The notes below the pieces were generated by a model. That model ran no database searches. It was not told the origin of the DNA and saw only the letters and a program-made list of their open reading frames with translations. A DNA stretch of 64,000 bases. It comes from Paraphysomonas bandaiensis (lineage: Eukaryota; Protista; Chrysophyceae). Both the position numbers and the translations under genes were made by a program. Where the stretch lies: NCBI GenBank assembly GCA_965644295.1, contig CBFFRP010000199.1, positions 496,001-560,000 on the forward strand, written 5' to 3'. Positions 48,691-62,280 of the stretch are shown here, one piece after another. The first letter of the stretch is position 1; every line of letters begins with the position of its first letter.

Positions 48691-50961
48691 CTACTGCTTC
48701 GACAAAACAATCTCCTTCTTCGATGTTCCCGCTCGAGGGTGTGTTGCAAGTACATGGATAGAATCTCCTTCATTTCCAAGCAACGTCCAAGTGGCCATTG
48801 CTCTATCAGGTGTACCATCACAGCCACTCCTATGCATGTGTAAGATAAAACTAAAAGCTAAATACAGCATACCAATCCACTCTCGTCGCCAGCCTCCCAC
48901 TTAACTGACCGAGCTTCACACGCTGTGGCGAATGCCCATCAGCCATTACCAAGCACTCACCCGTCTGTATTACATATTAGAGTCATAAAAGTCGATCTCA
49001 ATACTTGTACCGCAGACATTATTTCAACGGACACCGGGAGGACAGCATCAATCTCTATCGCCTTCTCAGTGACATTGGTTGGCAAGAACCCAGTGTTTGC
49101 AATTCCTAGCATAAAAGTGATGTGTCTACAGATAGAAAGTACGTTTAGGTACCAATATCCACCCTCCATATGCCTTTAGACTCTCCCGATACCACATCAG
49201 TGCGACCTACAAGTGTCGAACGAGTCATCACCACCTCTAACTTTGGTGACAACATAGCCTACACGCCAAATGCGACGTCAGTACGCTCCACAATTATTCG
49301 CAATATAAGCGAGACCTGGTATATAGCAAAATCAGAATGGGGAGCAACTTCCTGCTTCAAAAGATGAGGAGGAGGATTCGTGATGAGTCTAAAGTCATTC
49401 GGTCCACCGAGTTCAACTTGTCCAAGCTGTGGGTGTGTAAAAGGCCGCCATGGTTGAAAAAACTCTGGCGCGTTAGCATCTGCCCACTTTGCTATGGCAA
49501 GCATCTCGTCTACGGTTGGACCCAAGTACCATATCTTGGTAGAAGCACGGTGTCCGGTAGCAGCGTAGATAACATCCCAAAACTCAGTTGTCCAGGAGAA
49601 TACACCAACATGGTCGTACATGAAGTCGTCTGAGGCACCGCTCATGCAGTGCTTCTTGTCGAACGTGAAATCCTCGAAGCAGCTATGCGTTGGATTACCT
49701 GTCAGTTCTGTCCCGCGCTCTCCCATCTGTGTTTTACGCAGGACAATAAGATAAAAGCATATATGTAGTCATCCGTTGTATCACCTCTTTAAACACCCAT
49801 AGATCTACGGGTGAAAGATCGGAGTCGGGTTTACAAGAGTGAGGGCGTAAGAGCACTCCACCGGCGGTGTGATATGCATTGTAGCCGCACACATTCGGCC
49901 GAGATGTAATGGCACGCACCAGATGGTATATCTGCCTAACTATTAGCTATAAAACTGTACAGTCTCTCGCAAAATACTCACCTCAGGCTCTGACAGAGCA
50001 TGCTCTCCCGACCCCTTCACCTCCTTCCCCCAGCCTGCAGGAAAGTTCCGGTTAAGATCTAAGCCGGCACGGTTTCCGGGTGTAGGGATGGTAAATCCAT
50101 CGTAGTTTTCAATCATACCCTCGGTAAGTAGGCGGTATCTCTGAATCGGACCCTCGCTGCCGATCGCTGACGGAAGAGGACACAGTGGTGAATCTTTATG
50201 GTCGACTGGGATCATTACACGGTCATCGGAGGGATGAGAAACCCATGCACCGTGAGGATCTTTCACACGCATCGTCAGAATGTTCCCATCACCATCAATA
50301 TCGGAAGCAACGATTCCAGGCCATTTGTGGCCTGCCCATGGCCATGGACGCACGGAGGACCTCAAATACGTAGGATTATCCGCCAAGGCAGCCTAACATT
50401 TAGCTCAAGTCAAATTGAAAAGTTATATTAATGATTATCACTTGCCTCTACGCCGTCAGGGTTCACTCGAGGAGCTATGTAAAAGGTTCTTGTCCGAAGG
50501 GCTTCAACAATGCGACTATTACCAGATGTATAGCCGACTGCTAGGTGGTGAATCAAGTGACATGCTGCCACACCAGATGTCGTTTCGGTAGAATGAATAT
50601 TAGCTGTGACAGCAAATGAATTACACGAAACACGCATGCTACTGATAAGGAGGGCGAGGGTGAGGGATTAACGCATGTATGTGCAGGTCATCATATGATC
50701 TCATGTATGCATAGCACTGACCGTCCACCCAGTGCGCAGGCTTCTCATGATGCAATCCAGTGGACTTATCAGTGACAGTAACTAGCCATAGATCCCTCCC
50801 CTGTTGACTCTTCCCGTAAGACTCAACCAGTATGAGGTGAGGGTGTTTCTGCTGCATGTCATGCAGCCACTCGCTCAGATCATCATAACGTAAGAACCTG
50901 TCTGCACTGCTGTTATCCAGTGTACACACACACACAGATGCTTACCGAAACCATACTCCAT
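48691..50961 (-). CDS. M14 zinc carboxypeptidase, bacterial-type, multi-exon
   Basis: MEYGF|DRFLRYDDL, SYGKSQQGRDLW, NIHSTE, PRVNPDG, DLNRNFP, SEPE, AYHTAGG, WTTEFWD. Confidence 0.88.
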
Positions 50962-51339
50962 GCTGTTGGATGATGTTCAGGTGGTCTAATCCGCTCTCTC
51001 TCTATATATATATATGTATATTCTACAGGAAGAGTGCGGCTGGAAGAGGCTCTCAGTGTACCGGTGCAGGTGTACGCATAGAGCTCCATCCCTGCAGCAG
51101 TACAGCAGTGCAGCAGTGCAGCAGTACAGAATAGTTCTCTGGATACAACTCTGTATGTGGATGTATGATTCGGAATACTCTGCCCTACAGCCACATCTGC
51201 AGCTGCCACTGCAGCTCGCTCAGTGCCTCATCCCGCATCCTCCACACCTGCTGAGGGCTCGAGGAGCAGAGGAGGGTCTCATTGGACTGACAGCCCATCC
51301 CTCCACATCATACACAGCGTATGGTACATACGTGAGGCC

Positions 51340-52293
51340 ATGACGATGTCCCTGATGATGGTATTGCTGTCTGTGTGTCCTGCTGTGTTGTATGCTTTAC
51401 AGAGTACAGAGCACGCATCTGTTGACCGTGTAATGACATCTACAGCCACCAGAGCGTATATCATACACGGCGACCGCAGAAGAACACACAGTCTCAGAAG
51501 ATTCGTGCACGATATGGGCTTCAGTCCGAAGCATGTGGAGTATGTCCCAGCCGTTAAACGGATTCATATAACGTCCAGTAAGTTTATGCGGTCACTGCAG
51601 CAGATGGGATTCATAGACAACAGGTGGATACAGAGATATGTTACTACTGTTAGAGACCAAAATAATTTAATGAGTAATTATGGGCGTTTGGCATTAATAA
51701 TCACTATGGACAAAATAATGGGGAAGTTCTTAGCCTCCAACTATAGTAATATGCTTTTGTTTGAAGACGACGTAGCAATAAGTCCTGAATTCAGTCCAGA
51801 TACTGCTCGATCATTGTTTGTATCAATGCTTGACGTTCCATCTGAACACTGGCACGTGCAGTATTTGGGTTTTTGTTACGAGTGTGGAAATTCAACGAAT
51901 TATCAACACAGAGTTGTCACCTCTAGCTATGTGAATGCTGTTTTTCCACTCTGCAAGCACGCGATATTAATGAGCCGAAAATTGGTCACGCTATTCATGA
52001 ATACATATAAACCACTGACAAGTAATAAAGGTGACTGGATGTTACACGACACTTTATGCAAGTACGGCCTCAACGCTATTCGTCCAATTACTCCTATTTT
52101 TGTGCAAAATACGACCTATCAATCACGACTGGGAAATTTTTTTGACAAGAGACCTTTTGCGAATTGGGTCAGTTGTAATGAAGAAGAAAGTAAATGCTTG
52201 GCGTCTACTAGAGTCACAATGGAGTTGAAATCTTTGATGACCACTTTGAAGAAGCGTCCTATAACTACGTACGTTAAATTACCAGCCAGCTGA
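51340..52293 (+). CDS. Secreted or type II GT25-like glycosyltransferase
   Basis: Hydrophobic N-terminus, LLFEDDV, WHVQYLGFCYEC, PLCKHAILMSR, IFVQN. Confidence 0.65.
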   Translation: MTMSLMMVLLSVCPAVLYALQSTEHASVDRVMTSTATRAYIIHGDRRRTHSLRRFVHDMGFSPKHVEYVPAVKRIHITSSKFMRSLQQMGFIDNRWIQRYVTTVRDQNNLMSNYGRLALIITMDKIMGKFLASNYSNMLLFEDDVAISPEFSPDTARSLFVSMLDVPSEHWHVQYLGFCYECGNSTNYQHRVVTSSYVNAVFPLCKHAILMSRKLVTLFMNTYKPLTSNKGDWMLHDTLCKYGLNAIRPITPIFVQNTTYQSRLGNFFDKRPFANWVSCNEEESKCLASTRVTMELKSLMTTLKKRPITTYVKLPAS

Positions 52294-52461
52294 CATCACA
52301 TGCCTGTATATAGCCCTTTCCAGTAAGTATATAGCAACTTTCCAGTATGTGGAATGTTATAGGAAGCAATTACGTTGGTAATTAGATTCCATAACAAATA
52401 ACAACTAAATGTTTTTGTGAAATTAAGGTTTAGTAATTAGTTATAATCGTTTTTCTATATA

Positions 52462-52620
52462 AGAATATCTGATTATTACATGAGAACGGTTGTGTACAGA
52501 AATTAGTTTTACATCTATAGTCTAACTAATAAGGGGACTTGCTATATACGACTAGTGGTGGGCAACCGTCTCGGGACTGCTTGTGCATCGCTGCGAGCAC
52601 CATGGTGCAACCGTGCAACC
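52462..52620 (-). repeat. Diverged fragment related to the SINE/LINE tail
   Basis: CTGCTTGTGCATCGCTGCGAGCACCATGGTGCAACC and ATCTGATTATTAC. Confidence 0.55.
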
Positions 52621-52936
52621 TAATCATTTTTTCTAGACTAAAATGTAGTTGCCATCTAATTTGAAACAAACTTCGATTCGATGAGGCATCCTTCCCATTT
52701 TCCACTTTAATATAGGCTTACCGTGTGCCACCATTAGTACTACATACTTGGACAGAGTGATCAGAATCAAGAAATGTCAAAACGTGGGCAGCACAAGTAT
52801 GGTAATGTAAAAGATTGATTACTAGAGTTAACAAATCATTCGTGCAATTAGGGTAGCAAGTGATAAACCACTTTATTCCGTATGGCATGGTATTGTAACC
52901 TCATAATATCAGTGCGCAAAAATTAGACGAAATGCC

Positions 52937-55007
52937 TTACTTGACTATGGACGGAGGAGAGCGCTTTTTCAATTTGCAGAGGTCTTCATATAAATTCCGC
53001 TGAAGAACAGCACTTGCACATAAAAGTCCACCGAACGAAGCCCCAGCAAACCCGCAATTGAATACATCCTGACCTGTCAGATACAGATTTTTGATATTCG
53101 TCTTAGGTCGCAGTTCAACGGTGGCTTCTGGAGTGAACCGGTCAACGGTGTGGTCGCACCCATACATTTCCCCACCACCAGCAGCAAGATAATATTTATT
53201 GGTCACCGGCGTTCCAATATCAAAATATTCTACTTTATCTTTCAGCTGCGGAAACAAAGCTACAGTTTGCTTCCAAATAACTTCACCAAGCGCCTTCTTG
53301 AGAGCCTGGTACTGTGCACCCCTATGCATGACTCTGTTATCTTCCCACTCCTTAAACCAATCGTAATTAGCAAATGTGACGATTGTAGCGGTGGTTTTCC
53401 CCGGATGCTTAGTATCCCATAGAGGGTCTTTTGCACTCGGGAAAGATATGAACAGCAAGGGAACAGGTCCGTTGGCTAATTGTTCACGAGGTCGTTGCAC
53501 GTATCGCTCAGTTATGGCATCAAGATCTTCCTTGCCTTGTTGTGTCCACATTGCCCAATAGTGCTTTCCCTCAACTCCCAACTCTTGGGCCGTCCCTTTT
53601 AGACCAACATACACTGACAATCCTCCTGTGCCGTGCCTGACATGCTTCATCATATGGTCCATTCGGGGGACAGCCACAGGAGGCAACAGGCTTTTCGTAG
53701 TGTTGAATAGCCCCGCATCGGAAATAATTACTGGAGCGGAAATTATTCTCCCATCCTTTTTCATTTGAACACCAGTTGCTGTTCGTCCATACTTATCTGT
53801 TATAATTCGGTCTACCTCAGCTCGCACAAGTACCTGCCCCCCTGATCTCATTATGGTGGGGATAATAGAAAACGCAATTTCGGAAGATCCACCTACAGGA
53901 TATGACACGCCTCGTAAGAAGTGGTTCTGCAACGATGCATGAAGGCTAAACGGCGCGTCCTTTGGAATCGTGCCGTAGTCACCAAAATTATACGCAAGCA
54001 CCGATCGGAGAGTGGAGTTGGAAGTTATCTCTCTGAGCACATCACTCACGCTTCGAGAGGCGAGTTTAAAGAAGTCTGTATACCAATGCACCAGACCAGT
54101 ACACACGAGTAAACGGCCAATCCAAGCAGGCATAAACTTAAGACCCACGAAATGGCGCATATATTGCCGGTTCAGTTCGATCAAATCGAAATAGTGGTTA
54201 ATAGCTTTCTTCTCGCCTGGAAAAGCCGCCAGTAAACTATTCACAGTCGCCTCGCGACTACTCCGATAAGAAATCTATCATATCAGTTATATCAAACCAA
54301 ACGTCTAAACCAAGGTTATAATAACAAATTCTTACCCACTTTGACTTTAGAATGCTTTCTGTTTTTACTGCATCATCCACTCGCTGCAATCCAGCCGCAC
54401 AGTCACCATCATCGTCGACCAGAACAACTGTATCAAAATCATCGCATACATCTGCCCAGCTCAGTTGTCCATCCGACAGTTGATCCATAAGAAACCTTAA
54501 GGCAGTGTTGTTGCGCATTTCCCCAATGTAGTGTATGCCTGTGTCGAACTCGTAACCCTTCTCGTGAAAAGAGTGGCAACAGCCACCAGCTTGATCATGC
54601 TGTTCCAACACTAAGACAGCTTTACCAGCTCTGGCTAACAGCGCTGCAGTTACTAGCCCTCCTATCCCTACATGTATATGATATGAGCCTGTAGCACACG
54701 CATGTGTTCATCCACTGCGCACTCACTCACCGGACCCTATCACTATTGCATCATAATCAGATGACAGCTTCTTGGCAGAGTAGCCGTTCTTTATGATCTG
54801 ATCCCTCTTGCGTTGATCGCTCTCATAGGGCTTCTTGTTTAATCGAGTATCAGTTGTGAAGGGGTTTCGTGCTGCAGGTGAGTGATAGACAGTGAAGTAT
54901 GTTATGATTCCGGCTACACCAGCAGCAGCAGCTACAGCCCCTGTATAGAGGACACACGCATCATCACCCACACCCTTAAACAGAGAGGAGAGATGGAGAG
55001 ACGACAT
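52937..55007 (-). CDS. RETSAT: All-trans-retinol 13,14-reductase (RETSAT)-like FAD oxidoreductase, 2 introns
   Basis: DAIVIGSG|[62 protein letters not shown]. Confidence 0.9.
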
Positions 55008-55459
55008 TGTTATGCACCGCCGTCCTCGATGATATTACTGGTGATATTTAGAGGCAGTGATGGATATCGTGACACGGCATGTGTGCAGGTCCTGCTGCTG
55101 CTCCTGCTGCTGTATGGTGATATGTGGGAAGGATATGGATATCGTCATATCATATCAGCAGGAGCAGCAGAGTACAAGTAGATTGACAGAATTTCTCTCC
55201 GTCACCAGCAGCAGCAATTTGGTGTAGTATCTGTATTCCTGTGTATAGGGTGTTGGTGCCTCGGACTTGCATGTCAACATACAGCAGCGTATATATGAGT
55301 GATGAGAGGGGGGGCTCACATACAAGTGTATACAGGAGCTACTGCTACTGCAACCCCTTCATCTGAGCGCTGCTGCACTGCTCCACACTTGTGTTCCACC
55401 CTCACCCCGTAGACTCATCCATATATTGTCTCTGTATATCTATCTGCAGCGTGTTTATT

Positions 55460-56904
55460 ATGGGGATACTCGAGCGCATAAAGGAGATAGGTGAGCCTCT
55501 TCCTCTACACCACTAGACCATGCTCATCAGATAACACTCTATGCGTGTATCATCAGAGCTTGAGCTCTCTAGGACTCAGATCAACAAGGCAACCACCACG
55601 CATATAGGGATGCTCAAATCTCAGCTCTCTAAGCTGCGCACACAGGTGCTCTTGTATCGCAGTCTCTAATCGAAGTTACACTCTATTATGCAGTTGATGG
55701 AGCCGAAACCAGGCGAACAAAATGCTGGTGGACATGAGGGTTTTGCTGTTGCGAAGAACGGAGACGGTCGCGTGGCGTTGATTGGCTTCCCCAGTGTAGG
55801 GAAGTCTAGTCTTTTGAACGCAGTTACAGATACCAAATCCGAGGTACAGTCAACGCCTTTAATCATTCTCAATTCAATTTTTTTAGGCCGCAGCTTATGA
55901 GTTTACTACTTTGACTTGCATTCCTGGCAATCTAGTTTTGAATGATACCAAGATTCAAATGTTAGATTTACCAGGAATTATCGAGGGAGCAGCTGGAGGT
56001 AGGGGACGAGGCAGGGAAGTTATCGCTGTTGCACGTTCTGCCGACTTGGTGATGATGGTTCTCGACGGTGCTAGGGAGCAAAACAACCAGCACAGAAACA
56101 TTTTGGAGCGGGAGCTTGAAACGATGGGTATTCGGCTCAACAAAAGACCACCAGATATCTATTTCAAAGTATGACATTCGTTGCTATTTCGCCTTGCATT
56201 TAACTTTGTCACATTCTATCTTAATGTATCAGAAAAAGGCCGGTGGAGGTGTCAAGTTTAATGCCACTGTTCCCTTGACTAAGATGGGCGACGATCCTGG
56301 AGAGAGTGTTAGCCGTATACTTCACCAGTACCGCATCCATAACGCAGAAGTTTTGTTCCGCGAGGACTGTGGAGTAGACGAACTGATTGACGTAATTGAG
56401 GGTAACAGGAAGTACATCAAATGCCTGTATGTTTACAACAAGATTGATGCATTAAGTATTGAGGAAGTGGATGAACTGGCGCGCAAGCCAGACAGTGTAG
56501 TAATATCCATCTATATGAACCTCAATATAGATGAGATGCTTCAGAAGATGTGGGAATACATGGGTCTCATTCGAATTTACACCAAAAAACGCGGGCAACC
56601 GCCTGATCTAAATGATCCTGTTGTCCTATCCTCAGAAAGACATGGACTCACAGTTGAGGCGGCATGTAAATCTGTTTCGAAGGACCTTCTCCAGAAGTTC
56701 AACTTCGCATTAGTGTGGGGAAGGAGCACCAAGTACAATCCCCAGAGGGTTGGGCTTAGTCATGTGTTACAGGACGAAGATGTTGTGCAGATTGTCCCAA
56801 AAACTCTTGTGCAACAACAGCAATCTAAAGACTATAGTGCTATTGCTACCGCCCACAACTTGGCCATTGCGAAAGAGAGGAGGAAGAAGCACAAGAAAAA
56901 ATAA
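55460..56904 (+). CDS. DRG2: Developmentally regulated GTP-binding protein 2
   Basis: [10 protein letters not shown].., [48 protein letters not shown] domain ([26 protein letters not shown]). Confidence 0.95.
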
Positions 56905-57974
56905 TTGTAAACTCGTAGGCATATTTCTCAGTGAGAGGGGTTAAAACTTAGTGAGCGTTATCATCAAAGTTTCCAATTAGTTTTACTTGCTTTCTTCTAA
57001 ATGTAATTAATTACAGTGACTGTGTGGTATGTGAAATATGAAATGAGTGTATAATTCCTAGGTTATGCAATAGAGCATTTGGATATTGGTATGTGCATGT
57101 GCAATACCTGCAGCCCAAAGTGGACACTTTCTTGGCTTGTTTATTCCAATTACTGGAAAATTGTATATTGTACGTACGTAGTACAAATTGCACGTCGGTT
57201 TTCACAGAATCGTTGAGGCATGAACATAACAAAAAGTGCAATAATGAATATTGCGAAAAGTCACCTAAAGCAAGAGTTTTTTCCGCGACATGATTTTATT
57301 CTCAAGCAGTAGCAGTAAGAACAATTCAATACTAATCAAACTATTCATATGTGAAATCAAAAGCCATTTGAGCAGAGCAGAAACTAGCATTCCTAATGTT
57401 TTATAAGGGGTCATTGACTTACAAATATGACGTAGTTTGTATAATATAGTAATTTATTGGTTAGATTTTATACAGCTTTTAAAGATTTTTATGCTACTTT
57501 AGTACTTTTATGGATACTGCTGCCAAATTATTGCAACATATGTTGCTTTGAAAATAAAAAAGTAAAAATAAATAGTACAAACCCATCATGTTGCACTGTA
57601 ATATCTTTTCATTCCCGATTATATTATTTCATTATCTTAAAGCCTAAATCACAAAAGATTGATCGCAAAAACAGAAGTGACAGCAAAAGAAAGATAGGTG
57701 TATTATATAGAGATCATCAAAGCAAAAAGACTGCTTTCACCTCATGACTACTATTTGCTGTTTGCAGCAGTAGCAGATGCTAAGTTTGGTTATATCTTTT
57801 TACCAGGTTTATTCGTCCTATGGACTTAACGTATAGACGAGACACAAGAACATCAAATTGGGATTCAAAAATTTTCAGAAACGAGAAAATACCCGAGTAT
57901 CGTTACATGTCTCAGACGGTGATGTGGGATATAAATCGATGATATGTGAAGAAGGTGAATCCAGTTAAGGGGTA

Positions 57975-58440
57975 CCCTCAACAAAGTCGGACTCGCACCT
58001 TTTCGTGGTGTTATGGGGGATAAGTACCGGAGATATTTCTCTGGAAAACTAACGTGAGCCGCATAATTTTATATAGTCAGCAGATATTCTTTTGCCCACT
58101 CACAAATGCTTGTGCGATACAAGGGATACTAAAATATAAGTGTCACTAGTGTAGCCGTCTTTGGGCCTTGGCGAATAAACCGGTATCCGGGAATGGGCCC
58201 ACCTGAAGGGTAACCGGGGTATTGGGCTGCCTACTGAATTCAAGCATTCGGGCTTCTCACCTTAAGAACAGAGAGCGAAAGTGGTTTCACCTTGGTGCTT
58301 GCGGTGACGCACAAGCAGTTTTCGTAGAGCTAAATAGTAGGATATCAGAGTGAAGCACTAGTTAGTTAAATTGCAATGCTACATCAGCTTCTGACTCTTA
58401 CGCGCCTATTTATTGTTAATAATAATCAGACATTCACTAC
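57975..58440 (+). mobile_element. Uninterrupted SINE-like copy (reference copy)
   Basis: Runs from the CCCTCAAC head to the TAATCAGACATTCACTAC tail; no ORF; TSD not evident for this copy. A further tail fragment lies at ~58767-58862. Confidence 0.85.
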
Positions 58441-58911
58441 AAGTAGCTTTCGTTATTAAATTAAGCTTGTAGTAGTACAGTATAGACTAAATTACGTTAA
58501 GAGAGATATTGTAAAAATTATGATGATGTAGCACTGTGATTTAGGAACCACGTCAATCACCAACATCACATCAACATTCTGTCCTACAAATCGTATCTTT
58601 ATCAGCTACTATATTTTCGGTTTCTTTGTATACTTGTGATAGCTACTCCTATAGTGTAGCCATGTATATTATGTATTTCATTGCTACATAGAATGCAGGA
58701 TAGCTTCTAGCGATAGGCTTTACCAAACATCAAGTACGCACGTAGGAGTTGGTTGTAGTTCAACATTCGTAGTGTTAAATAGTACGTAGGATATCGAGTT
58801 AAGAGTTAAGCATTAAGCACTGACTCTTAAATGTCTCGTGCTAATAACAATAATTCATTACTAAGAAAATTGGATTCTGGTTCGTAATGAAGACATACTT
58901 CAACTTGGAGA

Positions 58912-59018
58912 TGAATTTACTATTTATTAAAATAAAATATTACATCTACTTCGACAAAACCTCCTTCACAGGAAAAGTGACCATATATAACGACATGATT
59001 CAAGTGCATGTAGTCAGA
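58912..59018 (+). repeat. Direct repeat of ~63900-64000; the second copy runs off the window end
   Basis: TTTACTATTTATTAAAATAAA...CCTTCACAGGAA...ATGATTCAA.TGCATGTAGTCAG. Confidence 0.8.
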
Positions 59019-59592
59019 TATAATTTCCTGCGGTCAGTTGAGACAAGATCTATACACTATTGCGTCTATACACCTTTGCGCCGACAACCTGCAAAGCATA
59101 TATGTCATTGACTTGGTTTCCGCCAAGTCTTACGTGCCAACGCAATAGTTATACTATAGTAAATCTGCGATAAGAGAAACCCCTATTTTATCAATGGAAC
59201 ACATTCCAATGGCTATGTCCCACATTGGACGATTCACTTCCATGAAGTAGACAATACGTTCTGCGCTAATATTATTTCACAAAAACAGAGAGACTCTAAA
59301 GCCATTAATCCACCGTTGGAAACATTATGTCAATTCCTTCCATAGATACTATTGAACTAGAGATCACAGCGGGAAAGAACTGCACAGTGACGTTCGATGA
59401 CGACGAAGGAATCACTCGTAACAATAAAACAAACAATACATTCATAAGATAAGACAGAGAAGTATTTATGGACTATATCCAGTTCGAATTGAAGACATAC
59501 TTCAAGATGGAGAAAATCCTCGGTAGCATCAGTCGAGGAGCAGTCACCTATTGCAACCGGATTTTACAGTACAAACGGCAAAAGATTGTCAA

Positions 59593-60767
59593 TTACGACA
59601 AATTGACCAGGTCAGGTAGACGAAGACTTGTTGACGGAATCAACCTGAAGAAATACATCAGAAAAGAAGAGTGCAAGTGCAATACAAGTGTGCTTTCCCA
59701 ACTCACCACGACGAATTGCACAACTCCGCGCCGTGGGGTCACCTTTGACAGCAATTCCTCTGATTGCACTGTATCTGAGTGCATTTCTGCTGTCCTTTTC
59801 ACACCCGTAATGTGTTGTTCTCCACTTTGCTCATTGGACGGAGAAATTCGTTTCAAAAAGTCTGTCACGATATCACATTCAGACTGCTTGAGTACTCCAC
59901 GCTGCTCGAGGTACGAAACATTAGAATCCAATTTAGAAACGAAATTATCCAATGAGTGCACCATTTCTCGCTGTACCATACATTCGAAGTTTCCTTTCGC
60001 AACAATCTCCTCCAGAGATGAGTAGTTACCACTCATAATAAGAGCATACTCACACAACCATAATGCGTCCTCTAAACTGCTCACGTTTCGACTGAATTTC
60101 TTATTCCTTGCAGATCTAATACCTGCATTGACCTGTACTCGAAATGAATTGGCGGAGGTCTGAGAAATGTACTTCGGCTGCTTGAGCTTTGGTGGAAGAC
60201 GAACTGATGCCAACGGTGTAGGCATAATAGGAACAATAGCTGTGTCTGCAGGGTTCGGCGGACCAGTAGAGCTACTCACAGTCGGTATCGTTGGTAAAAT
60301 ATTAACCCATAACGTTCCAGGAAGATTAAATTGGCCTGTCGAAGGTTCTGAAGTGGAACAGTCTAGTAAATGCAACAGAGCATTATTTGCGGTTTCACTC
60401 TCTGGAACCAGAACAAGCTTGCCACTTGGAAGTAATATCATCGGGCGTACACTAAGGGGATGGGATTGAGATCCTGGATTTTCTGCGAATATATTACAGA
60501 AATGACAAACGGTTGCAGCATATACCACAAACCTGACGAATTAAAGGAGAAAACAGGCCTATCGTCTATTCGATGAGCGGGCGGCAGATATGACTGAGCT
60601 GAACACTCCGCATAATCTATATTCCAATCAGGTAAACGCACAGGGCTCGATGAATGAGATCCTGAATCAGAACTCATACACTGTGGTTTCTCTCCAGTGG
60701 GAATATGAGGGTAATGCCCTCCGCTTCCTCCTCCAGGGGTCGTCATTGCAATCAACAGCACTGACAC
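59593..60767 (-). CDS. Unknown protein with a possible AP2-like beta-beta-beta-alpha DNA-binding module; ends approximate
   Basis: Two ORFs joined by a GT..AG intron at ~60482-60531; segment PKYISQTSANSFRVQV...KKFSRNVSSLEDALWLCEYAL. Confidence 0.55.
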
Positions 60768-62280
60768 TTACAGACACTGTAAGCCTAGAGATGAGTGCAG
60801 TATCATTCCAGTGACACGGTGTGTTTCATATCACATGCAGTGTACAACTCATATAGAGAAGCCTGCGTCCATCCAGTGCCTCCTATTAACATAATGGAAG
60901 CACTGTAGGCGCACTATGTCAGACTGATGAATTAGAGTGAGTGAGGTGTGGAGTATTCTGCGGTGGAGCCCCGCAGCAGATACTCCCCTCAGCCCCGCAC
61001 ACACAACATAGAAATTCTTCTTCAGTATTTTAATGACTGTATATAGTGTGGTACTCGGTACTGTATACTGTAATACTGCCTGCCTGCCTGTCCCATGCGT
61101 GTCCCCTGCATGACCCCCCATATACATATATAGACACCTGCACGACAGTGGAGTGGACTCTGTCAGAGCCATTAAACCCAGGTATGATAGTGTACAGGGA
61201 TATCCACTCACTGCATTGGCATCTGCGTATATCATAGGTCTCCAGACACAGATTTGCTTATGGTTTGTGTGACATGTCCCAGTGATCTTCCCTTCATATG
61301 TATATACCCACGCCTGAGTTCACTCACGTGACGTTAACTACATATGATTGGAGTCTGTGAATGAAAATTATTTGTGGAAGTGTTCAACGCCAGTCACAAT
61401 ATCTATTGAGCCACTTCACTGGCGTTGTGGAGTGACTCTCTCTGCTAACGTTTACAAGGAAACTTATCAACGCATGTAAAATTATAAGAAATAAGTTTCG
61501 TATTCAACGAGATATTGTTAATTTGGCACGCGGTATGCGAATAGTTAAACAATTCTCGTCATATGCTCATTTAAGGTTTAGGATATTTATACAGATGGGT
61601 CTTGTGGGTGCCTAGGTCCTCGGTCTTCACTTGTTTCCTTCTGTTGAATGTAGAGCCGCATCTAGCCATTGCGGTGCGTGAGCATGCCGCTATATATGTC
61701 AGGCACAACGCTTCGGAAATGAGATATCAAGTTTGGAGTATTAGGATGCATTGCATGCTGCCTATATATTACTGAGTGTGTACGTATATGTGTATAGTGT
61801 ATATATTATATATATAGTACTAATTATTGTACACACATCAACATTATATATTGGTTACAATTCTATATATATTGTTGTGTGTTACAAGTAGACATTAATC
61901 ATTGTTATTGTTGATACCAATTGCAATGGGAAACCACATCAAGTGTAAGTGCTGACTGTTAAGAGTTAATACCGGGTACCAAACAGAACGTCTAGATTTC
62001 GCCTGTCTCCTCCACTATATCTACAGCTATGTGCACGTAAAAGATATAGTTTAATAAAATATCATTTATTAGTAGTAGTTCATAAGTTCATAAATACATT
62101 TTCAGAAGCTGCGCGCAAGCCGATTTCAATATCAGTGTCTAGAATTAGAACGTGGATGAGGCAATAGTAAAGTTTTATCTAGGCGCTAATTTTAAATTGC
62201 TTTAGTTTGTAATTTGATCTCCATTTTTTTGAATCCAGCATTATTTGCACAGTCCTTTTTGAAGCAGCACATATTAGAAA

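Noticed and set aside
57985-58010. AAGTCGGACTCGCACCTTTT resembling a tracrRNA/omegaRNA 3' hairpin
   Set aside because: Superficial similarity only; no TnpB/Fanzor/IscB ORF was seen, and the element has retroposon-type TSD and tail.
58005-58030. tRNA-like A box in the SINE head
   Set aside because: No B box (GTTCRA) or cloverleaf, and an upstream TTTT would terminate Pol III.
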